NCBI GenBank assembly: GCA_965207065.1
Contig: OZ242260.1
Location: forward strand, 928,001 to 992,000
Length of the DNA stretch: 64,000 nt
Direction of reading: 5' to 3'
Source of the DNA: a bacterium
GTDB taxonomy: Bacteria; UBA8248
Part shown: positions 49,354 through 59,018 of the stretch, in pieces
How positions within the stretch are numbered: position 1 is the first letter of the stretch
Layout: each line of letters begins with the position of its first letter
The notes under the pieces: generated by a model
The model's input: only the letters and a program-made list of their open reading frames with translations
The model's database searches: none
What the model was told of the DNA's origin: nothing
Translations under genes and position numbers: made by a program

Positions 49354-49746
49354 TCAGTCGGGCAGTGCGGCTATGCACTCGACCTCGGCGAGCCAGTCGG
49401 GATCGACGAGCCGGGCCACCTGGACCTGAGAGCTGGCCGGACGATGCTCCCCGAACATCTCCGTGCGGACCTCGTTCATCACCTGGCGATTGTCCAGATC
49501 CGCACTGAAGACGGTGACCTTGACGACGTTTTCGAGCGCGGCACCCGCTTCTTCGAGAATGGTCCGGATATTCGTGATTATCTGGCGCATCTGCGCGGCC
49601 GGATCCCCCTTGCCCACCACGTTTCCCTCGCCGTCCACGGAGACGCAGCCGCTCACGAAGAGGAGCGAGCCGCCGGTCACCTGGATCGCCTGATTGTAGA
49701 CGCCGAGGTTTTTGAGCCCGGGCGAATTGATGATCTTGACGCTCAT
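49354..49746 (-). CDS. RidA/YjgF family protein
   Basis: YNQA, FVSG, RPASS, EVE.IA. Confidence 0.9.
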   Translation of the reverse strand: MSVKIINSPGLKNLGVYNQAIQVTGGSLLFVSGCVSVDGEGNVVGKGDPAAQMRQIITNIRTILEEAGAALENVVKVTVFSADLDNRQVMNEVRTEMFGEHRPASSQVQVARLVDPDWLAEVECIAALPD

Positions 49747-49865
49747 ATTTCCCCCTCTCCCGAATTAAGGAACGCGACGCTGCAGTTTCGCCCGCCAATC
49801 GCCGCTAAAAACCAAAATATCGTTCGGCGATTGAATATCTATAACGGTTCCACATTCTCTCTCTC

Positions 49866-50030
49866 GGGCTTGTTGAAAAAGACCTTGTTTTCCCACGGTC
49901 GGCGACATGATGATCCCGTAGGGACAGGCCTCCGTGCCTGTCCTGGTTGTAAACATCCCGCAAAAGGACAACCACGGAGGGTTGTCCCTACACTGCCAAT
50001 CCTCCATCATCAAGGTTTTTCAACAACCCC
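49866..50030. mobile_element. ~165-bp MITE with IS1182-type ends carrying an inverted GTAG REP doublet
   Basis: GGGCTTGTTGAAAAAGACCTTG ... CAAGGTTTTTCAACAACCCC; REPs at 49918-49944 and 49965-49991. Confidence 0.8.
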
Positions 50031-50066
50031 CACTGTCCGGGAGTATACGGTATCAGTTGAACCGGG

Positions 50067-50858
50067 CTATCCCCCGGATTCGAATATCTTGGTGCTTTCC
50101 TTTGCGATCAGGTCCAGGCACCCCGCCTTGGTCTCCATGAAGACCCGGGAAGTCAGCATCGTCCGCGCCCGCGGCCGGGGTAGAGGCACTTTTAGCTCCT
50201 GGATGATTCTGCCCGGCTGCACCCCCATGATGAAAATTCGGTCCGCCATCAGAATCGCTTCGTCCACGTCGTGGGTAATGAAGAGCATGCTCATCTGGTG
50301 CTCTTCCCAGAGCTTGAGCAGCCATTCCTGCATGAGGAGCCGGGTCTGGGCGTCGAGCGCCGCGAAAGGTTCGTCCATCAGGAGGATCTCCGGGTTGTTG
50401 ATGAGAACACGGGCGATGGAGACCCGCTGCCGCATCCCTCCCGAGAGTTCGTCCGGGTGATGGCGCTCAAAACCCGTGAGACCCACGCGCTTCACGAATT
50501 CGTGCGCGCGGGGGAGGAATTCCTTCCTGGCCACGCCCCGGACCTTGAGCGCGAAGGCGATGTTGTCTTCCACGGTAAGCCAGTGAAACAGGAAGTGTTC
50601 CTGAAAAACGACGCCGCGCTCAGGACCTGGCTTCGTGATGGGGCGTCCTTCGATGAGCGCCTTGCCTTCGGTGGGCAGGATGAACCCCGCGATGATGTTC
50701 AAGATGGTGGTTTTGCCGCACCCGCTCGGGCCCAGGAGGGCGACGGTCTCCCGGTCTTCGATGCCGAAGGAAACGTCCTTCAGGGCCACCGTCTCCCGTC
50801 CCTGTCTGGGGTCTTCGAAGATTTTGGTGACTCTCTCGAGCCGGACTTTCTCCGTCAT
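50067..50858 (-). CDS. NitT/TauT ABC transporter ATPase
   Basis: GPSGCGKT, LSGGMRQR, MDEPF.ALD. Confidence 0.93.
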   Translation of the reverse strand: MTEKVRLERVTKIFEDPRQGRETVALKDVSFGIEDRETVALLGPSGCGKTTILNIIAGFILPTEGKALIEGRPITKPGPERGVVFQEHFLFHWLTVEDNIAFALKVRGVARKEFLPRAHEFVKRVGLTGFERHHPDELSGGMRQRVSIARVLINNPEILLMDEPFAALDAQTRLLMQEWLLKLWEEHQMSMLFITHDVDEAILMADRIFIMGVQPGRIIQELKVPLPRPRARTMLTSRVFMETKAGCLDLIAKESTKIFESGG

Positions 50859-50993
50859 CTGAGCAACACCCCTAACCGAGCGTCTTCAGGCGTCCCGCGA
50901 TACGCTGCGAACGGCGACAACGGGGATCTCTGATACGCTCCCCCTCATTCCATCCCCGCCTTTTGCGAACAAACGCTTTTCTCACGATCCGCA

Positions 50994-51746
50994 TCATACC
51001 ACCCTGTAGTGGACGAACATGCGGCGTGAGAGGGCGTGAACGGAGCGATCCAGGCAGAAGCCCATCAAGCTGAGGGTGACGAAGGCGACGAACATCCGCT
51101 CCGTCCTGGTATAGATCTGGGCATCCCAGATCATGAAGCCAACCCCCGATTTCGCGGCGAGCATCTCCGCCGCCACGATGGTCATGAACGCGTTGCTGAG
51201 GGCCAGCTGCAAGCCGGTGACCATGTAGGGAACCGTCTCGGGGACGACGATCCGGAAAAGGACCTGGGGCCCGGTGGCGCCGAGACTCCGGGCGGCCCGA
51301 ATGGCGCCCTCGCGCACCGAGGCGGCCCCCGCCATGGTGTTCACCACCACGATGAAGACCGCCGTGTAGAATATCAGGACGATTTTCGATTCTTCACCGA
51401 AGCCGAACCATATGATGAACAACGTGACCAGGGTCACGGGCGGGACGAAGCGGAAGTATTCCAGAACCGGCAGGGCGAGCGCCCGCACCCAGGGGAGCCG
51501 TCCCATGATGATGCCGAGAAAAGAACCGACGACGGCCCCGAGCGCCCATCCCGAAAGAACCCGGAACAAGCTCATCGTGATATTCCAGGGCAACTCGCCT
51601 GTGAGTGTGATTTCGACCGCCTTCAGCAAGGTGGCCAAGGGGGAAGGGAGGAAGATAGGTGGAAACACGAAGGTGAAACCCCACCAGGCCACCAGGAATA
51701 TGGCCACAGAAAGGGTGTAAATCGCAACAACTCCCCCGATCCTCAA
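50994..51746 (-). CDS. NitT/TauT ABC transporter permease
   Basis: LPSP, AARSLGA EAA loop, AAEM...SG.G. Confidence 0.9.
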   Translation of the reverse strand: MRIGGVVAIYTLSVAIFLVAWWGFTFVFPPIFLPSPLATLLKAVEITLTGELPWNITMSLFRVLSGWALGAVVGSFLGIIMGRLPWVRALALPVLEYFRFVPPVTLVTLFIIWFGFGEESKIVLIFYTAVFIVVVNTMAGAASVREGAIRAARSLGATGPQVLFRIVVPETVPYMVTGLQLALSNAFMTIVAAEMLAAKSGVGFMIWDAQIYTRTERMFVAFVTLSLMGFCLDRSVHALSRRMFVHYRVV

Positions 51747-51777
51747 ATCTCCCGTTCCCCCTTTCGCCCGCTTCGTT

Positions 51778-52776
51778 CTAGTTCGGGAAGTCCGTCACCC
51801 TGGAGGCGTCCACCGCCCGGAGGAAGCTCGAATCGATAATTTTCTTCCAGTCCGGAATCTGCTTGATGTGACCCAGCTTCTTCTTGAACGCGGATACCTC
51901 CTGCAGGGTATCGAAGTAACTCTTGTCGAGCCAGATTTTCAGTTTGTAGTCGTTCAGCGCGGCCTTGGCGTCCGCCGCGCTGGAGCGGGTGACCTTCTGG
52001 AACGCGGCCGCCGCCGCTGCGGGATCCGCGTTGGCCATATCCGTCGCCTCGATCAGAGCACGGAGGAAGCGATTCAGGGTTTTGGGCTTCTCCCTGGCGA
52101 ACCCCCGCCGGACCGTCAAGTGGAAGTTGGGCTCGTAGTCACTGGCCTTGCTTGCGGCCAGGATGTGGAGGGCATCCCCCTTGATCTTCATCACCTTGCG
52201 CGGCCAGGGCTCCCAGAACCACATGGCTTCCACGGCGCCCTTCACCATCGTGGGGGCGGCTTCGGGCGGGGGGAGGTTGACGTGATCCAGCTTCTTGTAG
52301 TCGATACCCCTGTTCCCGAGGAACTTGATGAACCCGAACTCTCCGCCGGTTCCGCCCATCCAGGTCACTTTCTTTCCGATGAGATCCCCGGGGCTCTTGA
52401 TCGACTTTTTGGCCACCAGCTTCATGCTCTCGTTGCCCTGCGCCGTCGCGGCCACGATGATGGCGTCGATCCCCTTGGCGATGTTGGAGATGGTGGGCGG
52501 ATCGCTCTGAAAGGAGATGTCCAACTGGCCGCTGCCGATGGCCCGCAGGCCCACCAAGGCGGTGTGGCCCATGGTGTTGGTGGTCTTGAGTCCGTGCTTC
52601 TTGAAAATCCCCTTGTCCTCGGCCAGCCAGTAGGGTATCCCCAACGAAGTAGGCTCGGTCGAAAAGCGAACCGCCCCATCGTCGGCCGCCCACGCCGGAC
52701 CGAAACCGGCCGCAAGGAAAAGGGCCACCACGGTCATTCCGACAAATTCCCGTATCCAGCTTCTTTCACGCATCAT
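51778..52776 (-). CDS. NitT/TauT (SsuA/TauA-like) substrate-binding protein
   Basis: Signal peptide, A.DKG.F..HGL, DL.GKK, WEPW. Confidence 0.9.
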   Translation of the reverse strand: MMRERSWIREFVGMTVVALFLAAGFGPAWAADDGAVRFSTEPTSLGIPYWLAEDKGIFKKHGLKTTNTMGHTALVGLRAIGSGQLDISFQSDPPTISNIAKGIDAIIVAATAQGNESMKLVAKKSIKSPGDLIGKKVTWMGGTGGEFGFIKFLGNRGIDYKKLDHVNLPPPEAAPTMVKGAVEAMWFWEPWPRKVMKIKGDALHILAASKASDYEPNFHLTVRRGFAREKPKTLNRFLRALIEATDMANADPAAAAAAFQKVTRSSAADAKAALNDYKLKIWLDKSYFDTLQEVSAFKKKLGHIKQIPDWKKIIDSSFLRAVDASRVTDFPN

Positions 52777-52972
52777 AGGTCATCCTCCTCTTTTCACAGG
52801 GGTGAAATTGCATGAGGCAACGCATCGCGATTGAAACCCGGCGCATCCGTTTGCGCCGGTGCTGGAGCTGAATGGAAGCGAAAACCCGGTTCTGGTTCGT
52901 GAGCGAAGTGCGGAAGGGTTCCAGAATGAAATCATGTTCATCCCTCCCGTCCTGACCGGCTTCCGGTCCGGT

Positions 52973-53728
52973 TCACACCACACGGTAGCGGGAGAGGAAC
53001 CGGTAGGCGAGGAACCGGAACACCCGATCGGTGGCCAGTCCCAGGAGACCCAGGCCGAGGAAGCCGACAAAAATCTGATCGGTCAGCATGAAATTTCTTG
53101 CAGACCAAATAAGGTATCCCATTCCCGAACGAGCGGCAAGCATTTCCGCCGCAGCGATAACGATGAACGCGTTTCCCATGGCCATCCGCATGCCCGTCAC
53201 GATGTAGGGCACCGTTTCGGGCACGACCACCTGGAGCAGGACCTGGGTTTCCGTCGCTCCCAGACTTCGGGCGGCGCGCAGGACACCCGGGGGCGCGCTC
53301 AAGGTTCCGGCCATGGTGTTGATGACGATCACGAAAAAAGAGGTGTAGAAAACGAGCATGACCTTCGAGGCTTCACCGAGTCCGAACCAGACGATGAAGA
53401 TGCCCACGAACGAGATGGGCGGAATGTAGCGCAATCCCTGGATGTAGGGGGTGGCGAAGGCGCGAACGCCGGGCAGCCAGCCCATGAGCAGGCCCAGGGG
53501 AATTCCCAGCGCGCACCCCAGCAGCCAGCCGCCCATGATCCGGCCCAGGCTCATCAGGATGGATTCCTGGAGAAAGCCCGTGCCCGCCAGCTCGACCGCC
53601 GTCATGACGGTGAGCCAGGGTGAGGGAACAAAGAGGGGATGGGAGAACTCCGACACTACCCACCAAGCGCAGATGAAGAGGGAAAACCCCAGGACGGAGA
53701 GCATCCCCGACCACCCTTTGTCCCGCAT
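52973..53728 (-). CDS. Second NitT/TauT ABC permease
   Basis: Paralog of 50994..51746; start set at ATG 53728 after GGAGGAG. Confidence 0.9.
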   Translation of the reverse strand: MRDKGWSGMLSVLGFSLFICAWWVVSEFSHPLFVPSPWLTVMTAVELAGTGFLQESILMSLGRIMGGWLLGCALGIPLGLLMGWLPGVRAFATPYIQGLRYIPPISFVGIFIVWFGLGEASKVMLVFYTSFFVIVINTMAGTLSAPPGVLRAARSLGATETQVLLQVVVPETVPYIVTGMRMAMGNAFIVIAAAEMLAARSGMGYLIWSARNFMLTDQIFVGFLGLGLLGLATDRVFRFLAYRFLSRYRVV

Positions 53729-53801
53729 GCTCTCCTCCCCCCAAGCTTCGCGCCCCGTGACGAGACGGCTACCGCAATCCGGATGAGGATAAGATATGTA
53801 G

Positions 53802-53822
53802 TATGGAACCAAATGTACCATA
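53802..53822. promoter_or_regulatory. Palindromic putative operator between divergent ABC operon and SDR
   Basis: TATGGAAC-CAAAT-GTACCATA (7/8 arm match) in an AT-rich patch. Confidence 0.4.
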
Positions 53823-54024
53823 TTCAATCGACAGGAAAAATCCACTAGAATGCGAGGATTGACGCCGCCTCGGCTCCAGTGCCGTTTGCGGCTTCACCCA
53901 GGCGGCGCGGCCGCAATGCCCGGCCGGGCACCTCTTTCGTCAGCCGGAGAACCGGAGCGTAAACGGAGGCCCGGCCCGACGGGGTTCGATTCCATTCCGG
54001 AAGGCGTTTCACAGGAGGAAAAAC

Positions 54025-54789
54025 ATGGATTCATTCATGAACTTCGAAGGGCAGGACGTCATCGTGACCGGCGGAGCGACCGGGGTGGGGGAGGCGAGCG
54101 CGCGCCTGTTCGCCGGGCGGGGTGCTTCCGTCGCCATCCTCGACATCAACGGCGAGGGAGCGGAGCGCGTCGCCGCCGAGGTTCGAGCGGGCGGAGGAGA
54201 CGCGCAGGCGTTCCAAGTGGACCTCACCGATTCGGACGCCACCCGGGCCGCCGTCGGGGCGGTCCACAACCGGCGCGGGCGCATCGACGTGCTCGCCCAC
54301 GTGGCCGGCGGGTTCCCGGAATTCTGCGGCCTTCTCGACTGTCCGCTGGAGACGTGGGACCCGATGGTGGCGAGCAACATGAAATCGATGTTCATCCTGC
54401 TCCAGGCGGTCGCGCCGTACATGATGGATGCGCGCTACGGCCGCGTCGTCTGCTTCTCCAGCCTGGCCGCACGCAGCGCGGTCAACCCGAACCCGCCCCA
54501 CTACACCGCGGCGAAAGCCGGCGTTCTCGGCCTGGCGCGCCAAGTGGCGGGCGAGCTGGGCCCCCACGGCATCACCGTAAACGCGATCGCGCCCGCCAAC
54601 GTGGCCACCCCGAGCACCATGGCCATCCGCAAACCCGAGCGCATCCGGCACATCGAAGAAGTGACGCCCATCGGCCGCTTGTGCCAGCCCGAAGAGGTCG
54701 CGGCGGCGGTGATATTCCTGTGCAGCCGGGAGGCCGGCTACATCACCGGCGTGACCCTCGACGTGAACGGGGGGGCGGCGATGATATAG
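54025..54789 (+). CDS. SDR oxidoreductase (FabG-like)
   Basis: TGGATGVG, YTAAK, LDVNGG. Confidence 0.9.
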   Translation: MDSFMNFEGQDVIVTGGATGVGEASARLFAGRGASVAILDINGEGAERVAAEVRAGGGDAQAFQVDLTDSDATRAAVGAVHNRRGRIDVLAHVAGGFPEFCGLLDCPLETWDPMVASNMKSMFILLQAVAPYMMDARYGRVVCFSSLAARSAVNPNPPHYTAAKAGVLGLARQVAGELGPHGITVNAIAPANVATPSTMAIRKPERIRHIEEVTPIGRLCQPEEVAAAVIFLCSREAGYITGVTLDVNGGAAMI

Positions 54790-55132
54790 CGTCGCCCCGA
54801 TATTCGGGCCTGAGCCGCGAGGAACACGCAATTGCCCGCATTTGCCGTCACGGCGTTATTGCATGGATGCGGGAAGATGCGCCGCGAGGAGGGCGTTCTC
54901 ATGCGCTCGGGCTGTGCGGAAAAACGCAACGAACGATTCGGCTTCCGGCGGGGCGATTTACCCTTCTTCGGGGACGCGCCGACAGCAATCGCTCCGTTAT
55001 CCGTCCCGGCAATCGGTCGGCGATTCCTCTTTCCGCAATCGGCGCACAGAAATCGCTCCCCGCTCGCGTCGGACCCTCCTTCATCCGTCTGGTTCAACGC
55101 TCCCGCATTGGTCGCGTTTTATCCGAACAATA

Positions 55133-55172
55133 CGATAAATATAGATAAATTCACGGGGTTTTTCGATAAATT
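55133..55172 (+). repeat. 40-bp dispersed AT-rich repeat, copy 2
   Basis: CGATAAATATAGATAAATTCACGGGGTTTTTCGATAAATT; one mismatch to 11613-11652. Confidence 0.9.
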
Positions 55173-55310
55173 GATGAAAAGGGTTTCAACTGCAACTTAT
55201 TGTAATGCAACGAATTACATCATAAACCCGAGTGCCGCGCACCAGGATTCAGGCCAAAAATAGTTTTCCGGCTCCCGCGCATTTGCCCGCATTTGCGCGC
55301 AGTGGCCGTC

Positions 55311-56147
55311 TCATCGACCCCGAGGCGCGGCGATGATGTACGTCGGCGCCGGCCGCCCCGGAATCTCAACCCCGCCCCGCACCCACAACTGCGAACTCGA
55401 GCCGCCGTCGAGGTTCATGGCGTCGCGAACCCCGAGGCCGCCCCTCGCTTCGGGCAGCACGAGATACTCCTGAAGCTCGCACCAGGAGATGCCGCGCGTC
55501 TCGGCCTCGCTCACCAGAACGACGAGCCGGCCCTTGGCGTCGAGGCCGACCACCGTCCTCCTCGTGGCGCGCAGATACTCCCGGTACCGGGACAATCCCT
55601 GAACGGGCTTGTAATCCTTCACGAGCAGAGGCCCGGCCTGAAACGCTTCTTTGACGCGCGAATCCTCGAAATTCTCGCGGGAAACGATATTCGGCCGACC
55701 CTCCGTCCGCCCCACCGTGAACAGCGCTCCGTAATGCAGGAAGGTATTGCGCCCCCGGTACAACACGCGGCTGTTGAACACTTTTCCGCCGGAGCGGAAA
55801 TACCCCAGGGGACGCCCGTTTTCATCATAATAGCCGGCGTTGAGAATAACGGCGGCGCTCAGCTTTTCGCCGAGAGCACCAAAGTCTATGGGCAAGGACC
55901 AATCTGTTTTGTCGCGCCAGTGGAGCCTGATTTGAAACTCTCTGTGCTCCAGACGAATCGCCTTCATGCGTGCGGTCGCGCCGTTTTCGAACCGGATGCG
56001 TACGTCCCGCGTATTCAATGGCTGGGATTGACTCCGGGTCCATCGGTCATCACCCACGGGATGGCCTTTGAGGGGGCAATCGGATGCGGCCTGCGCCGTT
56101 TGAGCGACCAGGATAAAGCCCAAAATCAACAACAGCAAACGCTTCAT
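55311..56147 (-). CDS. Secreted phosphodiester glycosidase (NAGPA/DUF2233) family protein
   Basis: Signal peptide, NAGYY, QAGPLLV, RRT..G, AMNLDGGSS. Confidence 0.85.
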   Translation of the reverse strand: MKRLLLLILGFILVAQTAQAASDCPLKGHPVGDDRWTRSQSQPLNTRDVRIRFENGATARMKAIRLEHREFQIRLHWRDKTDWSLPIDFGALGEKLSAAVILNAGYYDENGRPLGYFRSGGKVFNSRVLYRGRNTFLHYGALFTVGRTEGRPNIVSRENFEDSRVKEAFQAGPLLVKDYKPVQGLSRYREYLRATRRTVVGLDAKGRLVVLVSEAETRGISWCELQEYLVLPEARGGLGVRDAMNLDGGSSSQLWVRGGVEIPGRPAPTYIIAAPRGR

Positions 56148-56202
56148 GGCGAAAAGCCCCTCGACGTCGCCGACCCCACTTTGAAATGATCAGCAATAAT
56201 GA

Positions 56203-57834
56203 CTAGAAACCAGCCGCGCATCCGTCTCTTCGATGATCGGATCCACCCATGAATACGCCATCATCGAGTTGCACGATTCCCTGCCCGCCGCCAAAACCCT
56301 CATAGCCGCCTGCGCGGCGGACATCGTGGCCACGCGATTCCAACTCCCGGAGCACGGCTTCCGGCACACCGCTCTCTATCGCTACCGCACGACCGCCCAA
56401 AACGCGAAAACGGGGCGCTTCGATAGCCTCCTGGATGTCCATGCCGAAATCCACCATGTTCGAGAGAACCTGCACATGGCCTTGCGGCTGCATATCGCCT
56501 CCCATGACGCCGAAACTCATCCAGGGTTCTCCATCTTTCATCACGAAACCGGGAATGATGGTGTGCAGGGGCCGCTTCCCGGACGCGATACAGTTCGGAT
56601 GGCCTTCTTCCAGCACAAAGCCGCTACCCCTGTTCTGAAGCATGATACCCGTCTCACCACCGGTGATGCCCGAGCCGAAATGATGAAACAAGCTGTTGAT
56701 GAACGAGCACATGTTCCCTTGTGAATCCGCCACGGTGAGATATATCGTATCGTTCCAGTTTTTGGGATTTCCTGGTCCGGGACTGCCGGCTTTTTTTTCA
56801 TCGATGAGCCTCCGCCTCTCATCGGCATATTCCGCGGATAAAAGTCCAGCCAAGGGCACATCCGCCTTGGCCATATCCGCGACATAGCGATCTCTGTCCG
56901 CAAAGGCGAGTTTCATGGCTTCGATCACGATGTGGAGATGATCGGCTGAGCCGTAGCTCATCTCCCCCAAATGATACGCGTCGATGAGATTCAGGCATAC
57001 CAGCGCCGTGACCCCCTGCCCCGAGGGCGGTATTTCGCAGAGTTCATAGCCTCGATATTTCGCTCGAATCGGCTCCACCCATTCGGATTTCATTGCAGCG
57101 AAATCCTCGAGTTCGAACAAACCTCCGATTTCCTTGGTGTAGCGAACGATCTCCTCGGCTATCGGGCCTTCATAGAAAGCCTCACGTCCGCCATCGGCTA
57201 TCGTTCGCAAGGATACGCCCAGCTTCTGGTTTCGGAATCTTTCTCCAACCTTAGGTGGCCGCTCAGCGGGCAGATAGAACCGACTCGAGAATTCACATTT
57301 TTTCAGTTTTTCCGTCTGATTGGCCCATGCACGGCTGATGATGGGTGAAAGAGGAAACCCATCTTCCGCATATTGAATCGCCGGCTGAAGAAGCTCCGAC
57401 ATTGTTTTCTTGCCGCTGCCGCATCGCTCGTGGGCGGCGAACCAGCCATCCACAGCACCCGGGAGGGTACACGAATAAATACCCGTCTCCGGCATGGAAG
57501 AAAATTCCTGGTATCGCGATAGTGTCGCCTTGGCCGGACTCTTTCCGCTGCCGTTCAGGCCCAGGAGCTTCTTCGCATCGGCATCCCAATACAGCATGAA
57601 CATATCCCCGCCAACACCCGTGGATTGCGGCTCCACAACATTCAACGCTGCGGCTGTTGCGATTGCCGCGTCCATGGCGTTTCCGCCTTCTTTGAGGATT
57701 TGGAGACCAGCCTCGGCAGCCAAGGGCTGGCTGGTCGCTACCAAGCCTCCCGTGGCGAATACGGGGGAGCGTCCTGCGGCTAAAGATGTTCTTGTGGTCG
57801 GCTCTTTCAACATCCACTCCTTCACGAGATGCAA
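56203..57834 (-). CDS. ggt: Gamma-glutamyltransferase
   Basis: GGNAMDAA, GGD.F, DTIY autoproteolytic Thr, QNRG, HTIIP, GG.MQPQGH. Confidence 0.93.
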   Translation of the reverse strand: MHLVKEWMLKEPTTRTSLAAGRSPVFATGGLVATSQPLAAEAGLQILKEGGNAMDAAIATAAALNVVEPQSTGVGGDMFMLYWDADAKKLLGLNGSGKSPAKATLSRYQEFSSMPETGIYSCTLPGAVDGWFAAHERCGSGKKTMSELLQPAIQYAEDGFPLSPIISRAWANQTEKLKKCEFSSRFYLPAERPPKVGERFRNQKLGVSLRTIADGGREAFYEGPIAEEIVRYTKEIGGLFELEDFAAMKSEWVEPIRAKYRGYELCEIPPSGQGVTALVCLNLIDAYHLGEMSYGSADHLHIVIEAMKLAFADRDRYVADMAKADVPLAGLLSAEYADERRRLIDEKKAGSPGPGNPKNWNDTIYLTVADSQGNMCSFINSLFHHFGSGITGGETGIMLQNRGSGFVLEEGHPNCIASGKRPLHTIIPGFVMKDGEPWMSFGVMGGDMQPQGHVQVLSNMVDFGMDIQEAIEAPRFRVLGGRAVAIESGVPEAVLRELESRGHDVRRAGGYEGFGGGQGIVQLDDGVFMGGSDHRRDGCAAGF

Positions 57835-57846
57835 ATTTGTACCGTT

Positions 57847-58914
57847 TTATGAGTCACATAGTTTCGCCTGTTCTCTATCCCGGAGAAAAACCATCCCCTT
57901 GACAGGCCCGCCACAAAACGAGGCCAACGCATCCGGCCCTACGATACATCTTTCCAAAATGGAATTCTCATCAATCATCCCGCCCGGAAAGACGATGGAT
58001 TTTCGCGCCTCGGCATTGTTTCCAAGAGTAGCACCCGCCATGATTGTAGTGAAGGGGCCCGCCTTCGCATCTTTTTTGATCACAACATCGGGGCCAATTA
58101 ACACGGGAGGCTCAATGCTGCCCTGCCCCCACTTCATGGATGGGCCTTCAATCAGCAAAAACCCCTTTGGCGGCCAACAGAAATCCGGCGCCAATGAGCC
58201 GGACATGACGTCCATGTTCGCCTGCAAATACCGTGACGGAGTGCCGACATCCATCCAATATGAATCACTCAAAACCGCTCCGATTCGCGCGTCGTTCTCC
58301 ATCAACCAGGGATAAATTTGTGTGGAAATATCTGACGCCACTCCCGAAGGGATATGACTCAACATTTCTGGAGACATGATGCTCAAACCGGTGAACATCG
58401 CTTGGTGCAGTGCGCCTTGTGGCATCCCTGGCGCGCTCGCGTTTAAAAATTTTCGCAAACGACCTGCCTCATCAAACTCGAGCACCCCATATTTTTGAGC
58501 CTCGGGTGACCGTCTAAGGATGAGCGTGGCGAGGAAATCTCCTTTTTGATGATGGGCCAGCGCAGCTTTTAAATCAGCACCACACGGGGCATCCGCGTTT
58601 ATGACGAAAAAAGGCTCGTCCTTTTCGCTCAAAAACGCCTCCGCGTTCTTGAGCCCTCCGGCAGTGCCTAAAATCTCAGGTTCTTGGAAATACTGGATAT
58701 GGACACCGTGCGCATAATCGTCCAAGGCGGAGCGAATTTTCTCTGCTCCATGGTGTAAATTGACCGCTGCCTCCTTAACGCCGATAGAAGCTAATTTTTC
58801 GAGCGCAAAGCAGATGAGCGGCACTCCGCCCAAAGGCAATAGTGGTTTCGGGATATCCTCTCCCAATGCCCCCAACCTTTTGCCATAACCAGCCGCCATC
58901 ACGAACGCCCGCAT
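57847..58914 (-). CDS. NDP-sugar pyrophosphorylase/nucleotidyltransferase
   Basis: MAAGYGKRL..PKPL, LGTAGG, W.DVGTP..Y, C-terminal hexapeptide repeats. Confidence 0.88.
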   Translation of the reverse strand: MRAFVMAAGYGKRLGALGEDIPKPLLPLGGVPLICFALEKLASIGVKEAAVNLHHGAEKIRSALDDYAHGVHIQYFQEPEILGTAGGLKNAEAFLSEKDEPFFVINADAPCGADLKAALAHHQKGDFLATLILRRSPEAQKYGVLEFDEAGRLRKFLNASAPGMPQGALHQAMFTGLSIMSPEMLSHIPSGVASDISTQIYPWLMENDARIGAVLSDSYWMDVGTPSRYLQANMDVMSGSLAPDFCWPPKGFLLIEGPSMKWGQGSIEPPVLIGPDVVIKKDAKAGPFTTIMAGATLGNNAEARKSIVFPGGMIDENSILERCIVGPDALASFCGGPVKGMVFLRDREQAKLCDS

Positions 58915-59018
58915 TACACTTACCTCACTTGCAGCCGGAAACATTGTTCTCTTTTGCTTCGAGAGCAAAACAAAACCGGGCATTGCAATCCGCCCGGTTC
59001 GTTTAATTTTCCTTATGA

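Noticed and set aside
11613-55172. 40-bp repeats as attL/attR of a 43.5-kb island
   Set aside because: The interval holds core genes (thrB, lexA, uvrA) and no integrase or tRNA; kept only as a dispersed-element finding.
57847-58914. MocA/MobA assignment because of the adjacent Xdh gene
   Set aside because: Length and hexapeptide C-terminus fit NDP-sugar pyrophosphorylases instead.
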